Assembly (NCBI RefSeq): GCF_006345805.1 | Contig: NC_043007.1 | Coordinates: 63,736,001 to 63,800,000 of the forward strand | Origin: Octopus sinensis | Lineage: Eukaryota | Direction of reading: 5' to 3' | DNA: 64,000 bases | In this document: in pieces, positions 1-35,541 of the stretch | Position numbering within the stretch: position 1 is the stretch's first letter | Layout of the letters: each line of letters begins with the position of its first letter | Notes under the pieces: model-generated | The model's input: only the letters and a program-made list of their open reading frames with translations | What the model was told of the DNA's origin: nothing | Databases searched by the model: none | Program-made: the position numbers and the translations under genes

Positions 1-881
1 TTTGCTCCACTGATTCAGTTGCTAAGTGTTATTTTGAGTAAAGTTATTTGGTTGCAGACCTCCTTTGAGTCTTTTTATTATCACTGGCTCACAGATAGTC
101 CCCAGATAGTAACATTGATTTCAAAGCCTTTCCAGATAAGTGATTGGTAATTCAAAGAGATTTATAGATGGCAAATTTATTCTGTTCAGTTACCTATCAG
201 CATAGGGATCATTGGCAAACTCCAGAGGTGACACTTTCATTTCCCCTTAGCCCTCATGTTACACAGTTGTTAATGTTTATTTGAGTTCCAATTGCTATAG
301 ATCTGTAATGCATCTTACGGCTGTGCTGCTCACCTGTATGGTGAGGAATCCTACACTGGGGACTGGTAACGACCAGGGTAGGGTAGCTGACTGCTTATTG
401 TGATTATTCGTCTTTTGGTTTCCTGTAGCTTTGCTCTCTTTTACAAACCCAGTGAACATTTGTATATTTCCAATTTCAAAGAAATTTGAACAATAGATAT
501 AAGACACAAGTTAAAAAAGATTCTCAACAATTCAACCTCTCTGGTTGACTTTAAGGCCACACCTACAATAGGGGCCTTAACTCCCACATTTTAGAGCTCC
601 CTGTGCTCCCTTTTTTTCAGGAGCAAAAAGCCTTTGAATAGGTTTTATAAGATTTGGATTTTAGAATCTGGGCATAAAGATGAGTAGTATGGGATAAATA
701 TGTCATGATTAGAATTTTTGTTCGGGTGTGTAAAGAGGGAAAGAACCCTCATTAAAATTCTTAATCTCCAATTTTGATGAAATTCGAATCATAGGTATTC
801 CAGTTCATTAGAGAAAATATAAAAGAAAAGTCTAATTCTTCAATTCCATGTGACACAGGCAACGCCGGGTATCTCTGCTAG
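1..881 (+). mobile_element. Non-autonomous Helitron-like element, 3' part (runs off the window start)
   Basis: Ends in caggcaacgccgggtatctctgCTAG-T; colinear with the copy at 26297-26665. Confidence 0.65.
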
Positions 882-1250
882 TATTTTATATTATTACTTG
901 TGTATATATGTCTTATTGATCATAGTTACTCCAAGTGTTATAGTTTTGATCTCTTTTCATAACTACAATAGTTAACACCAAATAAAGAAGCATCTACCTA
1001 GTTTCTCAACTACCATCATTCTACCATCTTAAAAAAATATGACAGAAAGAAAAAATATTAAACATGGGATGGTCACAGCTGGAAATCTATTGATCATAGG
1101 TTTACATGATTAGGGCTGACCTAGAGGCCAAAACCACCACACTAATTTGCAGTTTAGGTTTTTGATTTATTGATATAAAAAGATATATGGAAAACATTTT
1201 TTTTTATTGGTGTGGAGGAAGAGGGCAATATCTTTGATTTTCACCAGTCC

Positions 1251-22670
<21,420 letters not shown>

Positions 22671-23003
22671 CTGTACCCATATATGCATATATATATACAT
22701 ATAGATGTAGGTACATACATATATGTATGTATATATGCATATGTTTTATTTATTATTTTGTTATTATATATATAAAGATGAGAATGTGTCTGTCTATCTG
22801 TCTATCCATCTGCGTGAATTCCTAAAACTCGAGAACTACACAATTCATTTCATTCAAATTTTACACATGCCTTACTTAGGGTCTTGCAGTGTCATGAGCC
22901 AAAAGAAATTTCAATGTCTTACCTAATGTGAGCCCAGAGCAACCTCTTATCTCTTACACTATTTCAGTATTATGTGTATATATATGTGTACATATTGCAT
23001 ATA

Positions 23004-24093
23004 CATCATCATCGTTTAGCATCCGCGTTCCATGCTAGCATGGGTTTGACGGTTCAACTGGGGTCTGGGAAGCCAGAAGACTGCACCAGGCCCAGTCTGA
23101 TCTGGCAATGTTTCTATGGCTGGATGCCCTTCCTAACACCAACCACTCCGTGAGTGTAGTGGGTGCTTTTTACGTGCCACCGGCACAGGTGCCAGACGAG
23201 GCTGGCAAACAGCCACGATCGGATGGTGCTTTTTATGTGCCACCGGCACGGGGACCAGGCGAGGCTGGCAAAGGCCACGAATGGATGGTGCTTTTTACGT
23301 GCCACCAGCACGAGGCCAGTCGGGGCGGCGCTGGCAATGGCCACGTTTGGATGGTTCTCTTACATGCTGCCGGCACTGGTATCACAGCTGCAATTTCCAT
23401 TGATGTTGATCGATTTCGATTCTCACTTGCCTCAACAGGTCTTCACAAGTAGAGTTTTGTGTCCCCAGAAGGAAAGGTACGCATAAGTGGACTGGCACAT
23501 CCCGGGTTATGGTCTCACTTGTCCTGCCGGGTCTTCTCACGCACAGCACACTTCCAAAGGTCTCGGTCTCTAGTCATTTCCTCAGTGAGACCTAAAGTTT
23601 GAAGTGTTTCACCACCTCATCCCAGGTTTTCCTGGGTCTGCCTCTTCCACAGGTTCCCTCAACCGCTAGGGTATGGCACTTTTTCACACAACTATCTTCA
23701 TCCATTCTCACCACATGATCATACCAGTGCAAACGTCTCTCTTGCACACCACAACTGATGCTTCTTAGGTCCAGCTTTTCTCTCAAGGTACTTACACTCT
23801 GTCGAGTATGAACACTGACATTACACATCCATTGGAGCATACTAGCTTCATTTCTTGCGAGCTTGCGCATATCCTCAGCAGTCATGGCCCATGTTTCACT
23901 GCCATGTAGCATGGCTGTTCGTACACACGCGTCATACAGTCTGCCTTTTACTCTGAGTAAGAGGCCCTTTATCACCAGCAGAGGTAAGAGCTCTCTGAAC
24001 TTTGCCCAAGCTATTCTTACTCTTGCAGTTACACTTTCAGCACACCCGCCCCCGCTACTGACTTGGTCACCTAGGTAACGGAAGCTATCAACT
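23004..24093 (-). mobile_element. 5'-truncated RTE LINE (C-terminal ORF + 3' UTR with tandem stem-loop units)
   Basis: ORF 23592..23975 KGRLYDACVRTAMLHGSETWA...RGRPRKTWDEVVK; (GAT)n tail; few disablements. Confidence 0.92.
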
Positions 24094-24102
24094 ATATATA
24101 TA

Positions 24103-24133
<31 letters not shown>

Positions 24134-24568
24134 ATATATATAATATATATAAACGGCAGTTTGTCTGTCTGTGTGTCTGTCAGGTTGTACCCTCACCCTG
24201 ACCACGGCTTTCAACCGATTCTGATGAAACTTGACACACACATAGCCCAATGTCATAATTCAAAACTAACGCAGCGAAAATTTTGAAAAGTTCCCCCAGT
24301 TCTGAAAAAAATTGATAAATTCGACATGGGGTCGAGAATCTAAGCTTTTTATATGCAACACATTTTCTGTCTAGGGGACACAACTCGACCTTTTTATCGC
24401 ACAAAGGGACAGCTAGGAACATCGTATACACAGAAGTATTCGAGTAAAGAGAAGACATTGCAACCTACACATGCGCCTTCGTTCCCTACAGGGAAAAAAT
24501 TAGATTGGGATTAGTCGTTGCCTACTAGGGGCTCTTACATACCCGGGCAACACCGGGCTATGCTGCTA

Positions 24569-24569
<1 letters not shown>
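24094..24569 (+). mobile_element. Short non-autonomous Helitron-like element
   Basis: 3' hairpin CCCGG-gcaaca-CCGGG (24542-24557), then CTAG-T (24566-24570); 5' end buried in (TA)n. Confidence 0.7.
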
Positions 24570-24621
<52 letters not shown>

Positions 24622-24879
24622 TATACCAAATATATATATTTTATTTATTATTTTGCACATTACTTAATCATCGTTATATGTTTTATCTTATATTTAATCT
24701 TTCTATAATATGTAATTTTTCTAAATGGTATAATTTAATTTTTCATTATTGAATTGATAAAAGGTGTTTTTTTTTCTAATTTTTATATATATATATATAT
24801 ATATAATATTTTGTGAAATTTGATTTAGTATTTCTAAATTGAATTTTTTCCTGTAAGTTTGGAATAATATTCCCTCATA

Positions 24880-24933
<54 letters not shown>

Positions 24934-24940
24934 TATATAG

Positions 24941-25310
24941 GTGCAGGTGTGGCTGTGCGGTAAGAAACTTGGTTCCAAAGCACATGGTCCTGGGTTCAGT
25001 CCCATTGTATGGTAACTTGGCATGTGTCTTCTGCTATAATCCCAGACCAACCAAAGACTTGCAAGTGAATTTGGTAGACAGAAACTGAAAGAAATCCATC
25101 GTATATATATATGTATATATGTAGGTGTATGTGTGTCTTTGTGTCTGTGTTTTTCCTTCATCACTGCTTGACAACTAGTGTTGGATTATTTACATCCCCA
25201 TAACTTACTGGTTTGACAAGAAGAGACCGAGAGAATAAGTACCAGGCTTATCAAAATAAAAATAAAGCACTCGGGTTGATTCATTCAACAAAAAATTCTT
25301 CAAGGCAATG
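24941..25310 (+). mobile_element. tRNA-derived SINE, family A
   Basis: gtggctgtgcggtaag...gggttcagtccca...gaatttggtagacagaaactgaaagaa...cttgacaac...gaataagtacc. Confidence 0.75.
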
Positions 25311-25438
25311 TCTTATATTTTTGTTTGTCCACTCAATTGTATCTATCAATCTATCTTTCTGTGTATATATGATATACACACACACACATATGCACACATA
25401 CATATATACATGTATGTATATGTGCATATATATATATA

Positions 25439-26665
25439 TCTATTATATAAAATTCAATGTCTTTTTGTGTGTTCATGTGTTACTTATAGACTCGAAAACT
25501 ACTGCACAAAATCGAAGCCTAGGGAGAAGGGTAATACCATATGTTTCATACAATTTCATGGACCAAAATTACTGAATGGATCCTTATGATATTTGGAACT
25601 TAGATTCAATGCAGAAGGGAAGGTATAATGCAGTATGTTTTGGTTTGTATTTGAAGTGGCTTAAAGGGGGCAGAACCCTCCATGAAAATTCATAAATTTC
25701 TGATGTTGATGAAATTTCAACGATAGGTAATTGACACGCATCAAGAAGTATTTCCAAAGTTTCCACTTCTCATGAGGATTCTAAGACCCCCTACTGGGGT
25801 CTTAACTCCCAAATTTTAGTCATATTTTGTGATCCAAAACTAGGTCAAAAGTACTGGATGGATCTTTAAGAAATTTGGAAATTATATTCTATGCATAAGG
25901 CCAGATGTAATGCAGTATGTGTTCAAAAGTGAGTGGGGCATAAATGAGGCCGTAATCCCCATGAAAATTCATGTATTTTTACTGTTGATGAAATTTTAAC
26001 CATAGATATTAGACACAAATGAAGTAATATTCCTAAAATTTCAACTTCTTAGGAGTTAGTAAGACCCCTTAATGGGACCTAACCCCCCACAATTTAGTCA
26101 TTTTTCCCAAGCTAAGACAAATACAATTGTAATCTTGGAAGCTGTGAGTCACCTGAGCATACAAGAGGAATGATATTTATAATTCAATGTAATTCAATGG
26201 TACAAAAGTGTAAAAGTGTGCTTTGAGATATTTTTAGATTGTGATTTCTGTAAATGTGGTGCATAAATTGTCAAGTAAAGGAGAGGCATCTTTGCCTCCA
26301 CTGATTCAGTTGCGAAATGTTATTTTGAGTAAAGTTATTTGGTTGCAAACCTCCTTTGAGTCTTTTTATTATCACTGGGTCAGAGATATTCCCCAGATAG
26401 CAACATTGATTTCAACACCCACCCCCAATAGGGGCCTTAACTTCCACATTTTAGAGCTCCATGTGCTCCATTTTTCAGGAGCAAAAACGTGTGAATAGAT
26501 TTAATAAGATTTGGATTTTTGAATCTGGGCATAAAATGAGTAGTATGGGATAAATATGTCATGATTAGAATTTTTGTTAGGGTGTGGAAAGAGGGAAAGA
26601 TCCATCATTAAAATTCTTAATCTTCAATTCCATGTGACACAGGCAATGCAGGGTATCTCTGCCAG
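25439..26665 (+). mobile_element. Non-autonomous Helitron-like element with an internal ~300-bp tandem duplication
   Basis: 5' TC at 25439; 3' caggcaatgcagggtatctctgCCAG-T; same family as 1-881; diverged repeat units at ~25600-25860 and ~25890-26120. Confidence 0.65.
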
Positions 26666-26699
26666 TATATATATATATATATATATAGATATATATATA

Positions 26700-27070
26700 T
26701 GCTGTGTGGTAAGAAATTTGCTTTCCAACCACCTGGTTCTGGGTTCAAATGCACTTTGGGCAGGTATCTTCTACTATAGCCTCAGGCCAACCAAAGCCTT
26801 GGGAGTGAATTTGGTAGACAAAAACTGAATGAAGCCCATCATATGCATATATCTATATATCTATGTGTATATGTCTTTATATCTGCGTTTTCCCCACCAC
26901 TACTTGATCACTTGTGTTGGTTTGTTTACATCCCCATAACCTAGTAGTTAGCAAAAGGAACTGATAAAATAAGTACCAGACTTGAAACAAAAGTACTGGA
27001 GTCGATTTGTTTGAGTAAGAACTCTTGAAGGTGGTGTTCCAACATGGCAGCAGCCCAATGACTGCAAAAG
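26700..27070 (+). mobile_element. tRNA-derived SINE, family A
   Basis: Same modules as the other copies; another partial copy at ~27510-27810. Confidence 0.7.
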
Positions 27071-27960
27071 ATAAAAGATATATGTACACACACACACACA
27101 CACCACACACACACACACATGTGCATAATGTAAAGGCAAAAAATGCTTAAAATGAGCATTAAGAGAACAACTCAGAAAGAACAATGATGCTATTAGCTTA
27201 ATGCTTGAAAGGAGGATAGAGTAGTTTGATGTTTTAGATGTCAATTGTTGCAACATGATGAGAATTCACTAATATATATTATAGTAACCATTGTTACTTA
27301 AACCTTTGCCTGTTCAAAGCATTTTCATAAGTTTGTTCTAAACATCCACGCTTGTTTTCAGACATTTAGAGTATTGGAAATGAATGACACTGCTAGAATG
27401 ACAGTAACAACTATTTTGTTACAATAATGGAATGTCAAGGCAAGGAGTCAAACATGTACACACACACACACAAATATATGTATGTATATTATATATATGT
27501 ATATACATTGGCTGTGTGGTAAAACTTTGCTTCCCAACGACACCATTCTGGGTTCAGTCCCACAGTGCAGCATCTTTGGCAAGTGTCTTCTACTACAGCC
27601 TTGGGCCAACTAAAGCCTTGTGAGTGAATTTGGTAAACGGAAATTGAAAATGTGTGTGTGTGTGTGTGTTTATGTGTCTGTGTGTGTTTATGTGTCTTTG
27701 TGTCTGTGTTTATCCCCCACCACTGCTTGACAACCAGTGTTGGTTTGTTTATATCCCTATAGCTTAGTAGTTTAGCAAATGAGGCCTATGGAATGAATAT
27801 CAGGATAAAAAAAACAATTTATTTATTATTTTGTACTTTACTTAATTATTGGTATATGTTTTATCATATATTTAATTTTTTTCCATATGGTATAATTTAA
27901 TTATATCATTGTTATTTCATTGATAAAAGGTGGTTCTTCTCTAATTTATATACATATATG

Positions 27961-28009
<49 letters not shown>

Positions 28010-28850
28010 CATCATCATCATCATCATCATCATTTAACGTCCGCTTTCCATGCTAGCATGGGTTGGACGGTTCAACTGGGTCTGGGGAGCCCGAAAGCTG
28101 CACCAGTCCAGTCAGATCTGGCAGTGTTTCTAGAGCTGGATGCCCTTCCTAACGCCAACCATTCCGAGAGTGTAGTGGGTGATTTTATGTGCCACCGACA
28201 CAGGTGCCAGACGAGGCTGGCAACGGCCACGCTCGGATGGTGTTTTTATGTGCCACCGACACAGGTGCCAGACGAGGCTGGCAGACGGCCACGCTCGGAT
28301 GGTGTTTTTATGTGCCACCGACACAGGTGCCAGACGAGGCTGGCAGACGGCCACGCTCGGATGGTGTTTTTATGTGCCACCGACACAGGTGCCAGACGAG
28401 GCTGGCAGACGGCCACGCTCGGATGGTGTTTTTATGTGCCACCGACACAGGTGCCAGATGAGGCTGGCAAACGGCCACGATCGGATGGTGCTTGTTATGT
28501 GCCCACAGCACGGAGGCCAGTCGATGCGGTACTGGCTACGGCCACGTTCGGATGGTTTTCTTATGTGCCACGTGCCACCGGCACTGGTACCACAAAGATA
28601 CAAATTCCATTGATGTTCATCTATTTTGATTTGTTTTGATTTTCACTTGCCTCAACAGGTCTTCACAAGTGTCACAAGAAGGAAGGTATGCACAGGTGGA
28701 CTGACTACGTCCCAGGTAGGGGCCATGGGTTATGGCCTGACTAGTCTTGCCGGGTCTTCGGATGGTGTTTTTATGTGCCACCGACACAGGTGCTAGATGA
28801 GGCTGGCGAACGGCCACGATCGGATGGTGTTTGTCATGTGCCCACCGCAC
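28010..28850 (-). mobile_element. RTE LINE 3' UTR fragment with an expanded 62-bp tandem array
   Basis: (CAT)n tail at 28010; five near-identical 61-63-bp units from 28187, one or two diverged units, and a displaced unit at ~28760-28845. Confidence 0.88.
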
Positions 28851-29177
28851 TGACTACGGCACATATATATATATATATATATATTCATATGTATGTAATA
28901 TATATATAATTCATATATATATGTATATATATACATACATATATATATGTATATTTATCATACTTATAATACATACAAATATATATAATACTTACAAATA
29001 TACACACATTTATACATAATACAGCACAAAGAATTGTGCAAAGAAGGGGAAAGCAAGAGTCCATATGTATAGTAGGGTTTCATTCTATTTATTGTAAGCT
29101 GTAAACTTCCCTAACTTACCTCAAGCTTGCATGAAACTTGGTGTAAAGTTTAGTGAAATTTACACTTACACACGCAT

Positions 29178-29226
<49 letters not shown>

Positions 29227-29967
29227 CAGAGGTATGTGTGTATTAGACAGTCAGTGGTTAAAGTAGAAGACACCTGCCTAAGGTATCATGCAACGAATTC
29301 CTTAGCCACACAGCTGTGTCACACGCTCAAGTACATACATATGTATGTGCATCAATATGTATGCATGTATGTATGTATGTATGTATGTATGTATGTATGT
29401 ATGTATGTATGTATGTATGTATGTATACATGCATGTATGTGTGTGTGTATGCATGTGTCTAAGTATGTTCATATCTGAATTTTTGTGGTGTCTGAGGTGA
29501 TGTGGTGTTTGAAACCCAACAGTGCCTCAAGTAGAGTTAATACAATAATAATCAGGCTGAAGTAAGATATGATTGACAAAAATCCTTGAAGGTGGTGCCC
29601 CAGCATGGCTGGCTGTAGACTTAAAAATGATACCAAGGCATAGCTACAAAAGTGCACTTCTTACTGTTTTTGTTTCCTCTTAACAATTCATTACCGTATA
29701 TATTTAGATATGATCTGTGTTTTTTTCTGTTATTTTGAATATAACAAAGAATTTAGTAAAATAACTTAGTTATCATCAAGCTAGCATTAGGAACATAAAT
29801 TGTGACTAAGGTTTGGTGGAAGATTTTAATTCAAAACTTAGGAAAACAAAACATTTGTACTGCAGAGCCAGAGCTGGTTTCAGCCAGGTTGGTATGGAAA
29901 GGGTTAAGTTTCTGGATATGATTTTATTGGAATCTGTTGTGGAAAACTTTTTTCTCTCTCTTTAAAC

Positions 29968-30312
29968 AGGCATGGCTGTGTGGTAAGAAGTTTGCTTCCT
30001 AACCACATGGTACTGTGTTCAGTCCCACTGTGTGGCACCTTGGGTAAGTGTCTTCTAATTTAGCCTCAGGCTGACCAAGGCCCTGTGAATGGATTTGGTA
30101 GGCAGAAATTGAAAGAAGCCCGTTTTGTGTGTGTGAGTGTATCTGTGTTTGTCCCCTACCACTACTTGACAACTGGTGTTTGTGTGTTTACATCTATGTA
30201 ACTTTGCAGTTTGGCAAAATAGACTGATAGAATAAGTACCAGGCTTTACAAAAAATAATAATATGGAGTGACCTAGCATGGCTGCAGTCCACTGATTGAA
30301 ACAAGTAAAAGA
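29968..30312 (+). mobile_element. tRNA-derived SINE, family A
   Basis: catggctgtgtggtaagaag...cagtcccactgtgtggcaccttggg...actgattgaaacaagtaaaag. Confidence 0.75.
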
Positions 30313-30504
30313 AAGATAGATAGCCTATCCTCTACGTGATTGTATTATGCTAGAAATAGCAGGGATTATGTGGATACAGTCTAAGGCCTGTAGCATACCA
30401 AACAGCCATACCAACGAATTCACCTCTGAAAACTTTTGTATCTTAAATTATACTGGCATCTCTGGAAAATTTCATACTAAATATTATTCATTTAACAAAT
30501 TCCT

Positions 30505-30576
<72 letters not shown>

Positions 30577-30708
30577 GACATACTCAAAATTAATTTTTTT
30601 CAGCACAATTGTTATCTATATCATCAAAACATATAAGGAAACAAAGTTGATAGGGTGTATGAACACTCCTATAGATATACCACTACATCTATTTCTATAT
30701 CTATACAC

Positions 30709-30781
<73 letters not shown>

Positions 30782-30790
30782 GTGTGCCTA

Positions 30791-30860
<70 letters not shown>

Positions 30861-31132
30861 GTCCTACTGCATGGCATCTTGAGAAAGTGCCTTCTGCCAG
30901 TGAATCTGGTAGGTGGAAACTGAAAGAAGCTTGTCATATATGTATATATCTTGATGCGTGTATGAATGTGTTTGTTCCCCGCTACCACTTGACAACTAGC
31001 AGTTCAGCAACAGAGGCTGATAGAACAAGTACCGGCTTTTAAAAAAGGTATAAGTACTGGGGTTACTTTATTTGACAAGAAATTCTTCAAGTGCCCCAGT
31101 ATGATCACAGTCAAATGCCTGAAACAAATAAA

Positions 31133-31905
31133 ACATACATACATACATACATCATATATACATACATACATACATCATATATACATACATACATACATAA
31201 TACATACATACATAATACATATATACATACATACATCATACATACATAATACATACATACATCATACATACATACATACATACATCATACATACATACAT
31301 ACATACATCATACATACATCATACATACATACATACATACATACTACATACATACATACATAATCATACATACATACATACATACATACACATACATACA
31401 TACACATACATACATACTACATACATCATACATACATACATACATACATCATACATACATACATACATCATACATACATACATACATCATACATACATAC
31501 ATTCATACATACATACATCATACATACATCATACATACATACATACATACATAATACATACATACATACATCATACATAATACATACATACATACATCAT
31601 ACATACATACATACATACATACATAATCATCATTAATAAAATGTTACAAAATAATTTTGAAGGAAAGAATTTACCTGAGTAAAAAAACATTTCAAAAACA
31701 CTAAATAGAGCAATTAATTAAGAGATCTTAGAAACAGGATTGTCAAATCATGCTTGACGTCCGCTAATTTTCTTTCCAAAACAGCTGTGTTCATGTTGAA
31801 ACTGCGCTGTTCTCTATTTCTGTCTTACTCTCTCCTTTACCCTTTTAAACGTAAACATCTCGCTATTTCTTTCTTTTTGATAGTTCCCTTCTGGCTTACT
31901 CTTTC

Positions 31906-31937
<32 letters not shown>

Positions 31938-32122
31938 CTTCTCTTGCACACACATAGACAGACATACGATCTCTTTCTCTCAGGCAAACACAGACACACG
32001 TACATGTAAATACACATACTGTATGTATGTATGTATGTATGTATGTATGTATGTATGTATGTATGATGTATGTATGTATGTATGTATGTATGATGTATGT
32101 ATGTATGTATTATGTATGTGTG

Positions 32123-32156
<34 letters not shown>

Positions 32157-32263
32157 TGTATGTATGTATGTATGTATGTATGTATGTATGTATGTATGTA
32201 TGTATGATGTATGTATGTATGTATGTATGTATGATGTATGTATGTATGTATTATGTATGTATG

Positions 32264-32297
<34 letters not shown>

Positions 32298-32462
32298 TGT
32301 ATGTATGTATGTATGTATGTATGTATGTATGTATCTGTCTGTCTCTGTTTTCCATTGTAGTTTTCTTCTCAATATCTCACATATACCATACAATTGCTGT
32401 CTCTTTTTCTCTACATTTTCCGGCTCTCTTTGTTTCATCACACTCATATGTATACCTATCTG

Positions 32463-32545
<83 letters not shown>
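31133..32545. repeat. Compound tetranucleotide microsatellites: (CATA)n 31133-31625, (TATG)n 32021-32333, (TCTA)n 32455-32543
   Basis: Direct inspection. Confidence 0.95.
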
Positions 32546-32867
32546 CTTTTTCGATGTGGTTTATCCGTAGGTCAGTCCTAACCAAACAGACCTATCATTA
32601 ACGGCGCTCCAGTAGTGACCATACTATCTTTCTCTTTGGCTCACCATACATAAAAAAACTACATTGTCCTATGCAGCCTATTCCGCGTGATTTGAGTTCG
32701 ATTTGGCTGCTATTTTTAACACGTCGAGCAACAAGTAGAAGCTCCCTTGTTGCCTTATCTTTCTGTTTAACTTCCACTTTCTACTAATTGTTTGCTTTCT
32801 TAATCTCTGATTTTATCTCACATTTCCCATATATTTCCCCCTCAGACACACATAGGCATCCCCCCAC

Positions 32868-32919
<52 letters not shown>

Positions 32920-33300
32920 CCTTCCCTATGCACCTCAGAATTATACTCTCACTCAGTTATTTGTTTCTCTTTCGCTCTTTATTCCTAAGAAGAAATATTC
33001 ACACTAACATACACATATTTGGATATTGTTGCAACACCACTTTTTTCTCAACCATTTGTTTCTCCTCTCTCCTTCTGCGTTACTCGCTCTTCAATAACTC
33101 ACTCTCTCACTTTCTTTTACACACACCACACTGGTCTTTCCTTCTCGCTGCTCTGTTTTCTTCATGCTCTCAACGTGTTTCCTTACAGACTCATTCTGTA
33201 TTCCCGCCTTTCTATTTTTGTGATAATTTTATTGACCTCATTTTTATTTTAGACGCATCTTAATTAATAAAAAAAAACCTGTAAGTTTTATTTATACTCT

Positions 33301-33698
33301 TACTCTCTCTTTTACCTGTTTAAGTCATTTGACTGCGGCCATGCTGGAGCACCGCCTTTAGTCGAGCAAATCGACCCCGGGACTTATTCTTTGTAAGCCC
33401 AGTACTTATTCTATCGGTCTCTTTTGCCGAACCGCTAAGTAACGGGGACGTAAACACACCAGCATCGGTTGTCAAGCAATGCTAGGGGGACAAACACAGA
33501 CACACAAACACACACATACATATATATATACATATATACGCCAGGCTTCTTTCAGTTTCCGTCTACCAAATCCACTCACAAGGCATTGGTCGGTCCGGGC
33601 CTATAGCAGAAGACACTTGCCCAAGATGCCGCGCAGTGGGACTGAACCCGGAACCATGTGGTTGGTTAGCAAGCTACTTACCACACAGCCACTCCTGC
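33301..33698 (-). mobile_element. Young, near-intact tRNA-derived SINE, family A
   Basis: CpGs retained; minus strand reads gcaggagtggctgtgtggtaag...ggttccgggttcagtccca...gacaaccgatgctgg...gactgaaacaggtaaaagag. A tandem older copy lies at ~33715-34112. Confidence 0.85.
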
Positions 33699-35454
33699 GC
33701 CTTATCTATATTTTATCTTTTATTTATTTTCAGTCATTAGACTGTGGCCATGCTGGGGCACTGCCTTGAAGGGTTTTAACCTAATGAATCGACCCCAGTA
33801 CTTACTTTTTAAATCCTGGTACGCATTCTATCGATCTTTTTGCCGAACCTATAAGTTACGGGAACGTAAACGAACCAACACTTGTCAAGTGGTGGACACA
33901 CACACACACCCACACCCACACCCACCCACACCCACACCCACCCCCCACACACCCACACCCACGACAGGCTTCATTCATTTGCTGCCTACGAAATCCACTT
34001 ATGAGGCTTTGGTCAGCTCGGGGCTAAAATAGAAGACACCCAATGTACCAAGAAGTAATACTGAACTGGAAACCATGTGATTGTAAAGCAAACGTCCTTA
34101 GCACACAGCCATGCTTATGAATGTTCTGGTACATGTATCATTTTAAACATTTCTCACCAAGAAACTATAAACAAGACCTCCAACTCAGAAATAGGACTCT
34201 TTCATTGGAATTTAGACATCAATTAGATAGTCATGTATTAATATCTACATACGCGTGACATGTATGAACATTAGCATTGTTTTGTTTTGCTTTGACTGAT
34301 TCAGTTAGCATTTAATTAACAATTACCTATTTCATTAATTTAGTAATTACATATATAACATGTATGTTTGTGATACATATACAATACAAAACTACATTAA
34401 AATACAAATCCAAAAACCGAAGAAAACACAAGCATGAGCAAAGAAAGAAAAAAACATTTATTCCACACTTAGTGCTTCAATTGGTTGCACATCACAAAGT
34501 TCAATAGAACCTACTGATGCAGGCTAACATTTTTGTGACATTACTATAGGCTGTAGTGAGACTAAGGCGTTGTAACAGTCAAGCACCCTCATGGGCATCA
34601 CCTGACACCTTGGTAGGACGAGCTGAGAAGAACTTCACTTATAGCAGCCCAGCCCCTCCAAGCTTCTCAAATGTCACAGGCTGGAAGAAATAGCTTACTG
34701 ACAAGTCCTGATTCTTAAGGATTTTGTTCCATTCACCTATGGAAGTGGTGACCCTACCATTTACTGCAGCATCCAGGATATGGGTGGGAGCAAAAGAACC
34801 ACAAACTCTGGTGCCTCAGATGTGTGTGTGTGTATACATAGGTACCAACCTTTTACCCAGGGACAAAGGGTAAGACCATCTGGTCTCTTCACATCACTTC
34901 TGAACAATCTCACCAGCTCCAGAACTTCATTTATATTTTGTCTTTACTTCTTTGTAGCTTGACATTTTGAAGAGTTTTAACAAAATTGCATGATAATCCT
35001 ATAAAATGACAATTTTTAATTTTTATCAAATTAAAAAAACACTCACTCTACAACATACTCATGTATTGAGCATAGCTACTATCTATTTGACAGTGGCTGC
35101 TTCTTTTACTACTAACAGATTATTCTATTATATATACAAGCAGAAACATCATCCTGCAGGTGGTTTTCTACTGGTTGCTAAATGATATTTACACAGTTGA
35201 TTCCCACTTGTGTAATTTCTAACATGTTACGTGAAATTTTCCTTCGTATCCTTTATTTGTCTAATGCTCTCTCACTTAGTAAATAAATGTAAACTATCTT
35301 GTGCTCAAAAATGGCATTAAAATTAATAAATGAATCAGTAAAAGTCCTCAGTTTATCATATGTATATATTTCAGAAGATATTGTACTGTTGCATGACAGT
35401 GAACTAGATTGCATACCTAGTATATGCTGAAAAAAATTACATTGGAAAACTTAC

Positions 35455-35541
35455 TGTATATTCCAACACATGTAATTGTATAACGTATTTCCTTTGCATT
35501 TTGTACCAACATATATATTTGTACATTTTAGTATCAATGTC
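35455..35541 (-). CDS. Candidate upstream exon of the unidentified gene (DIDTKMYKYICWYKMQRKYVIQLHVLEYT)
   Basis: Acceptor gtgtttaatag, strong donor gtaagt, 87 nt. Two frames are open, and the link to 22670 is unresolved. Confidence 0.45.

Noticed and set aside
22800-22930. Exon of the minus-strand gene
   Set aside because: Frames are stopped; KFLLAHDTARP resembles a mariner LHDNARP remnant, but it is too short to list as a feature.
28187-28600. CRISPR-like array
   Set aside because: Units are contiguous and near-identical with no unique spacers, there are no cas genes, and it lies in a LINE 3' UTR of a eukaryote.
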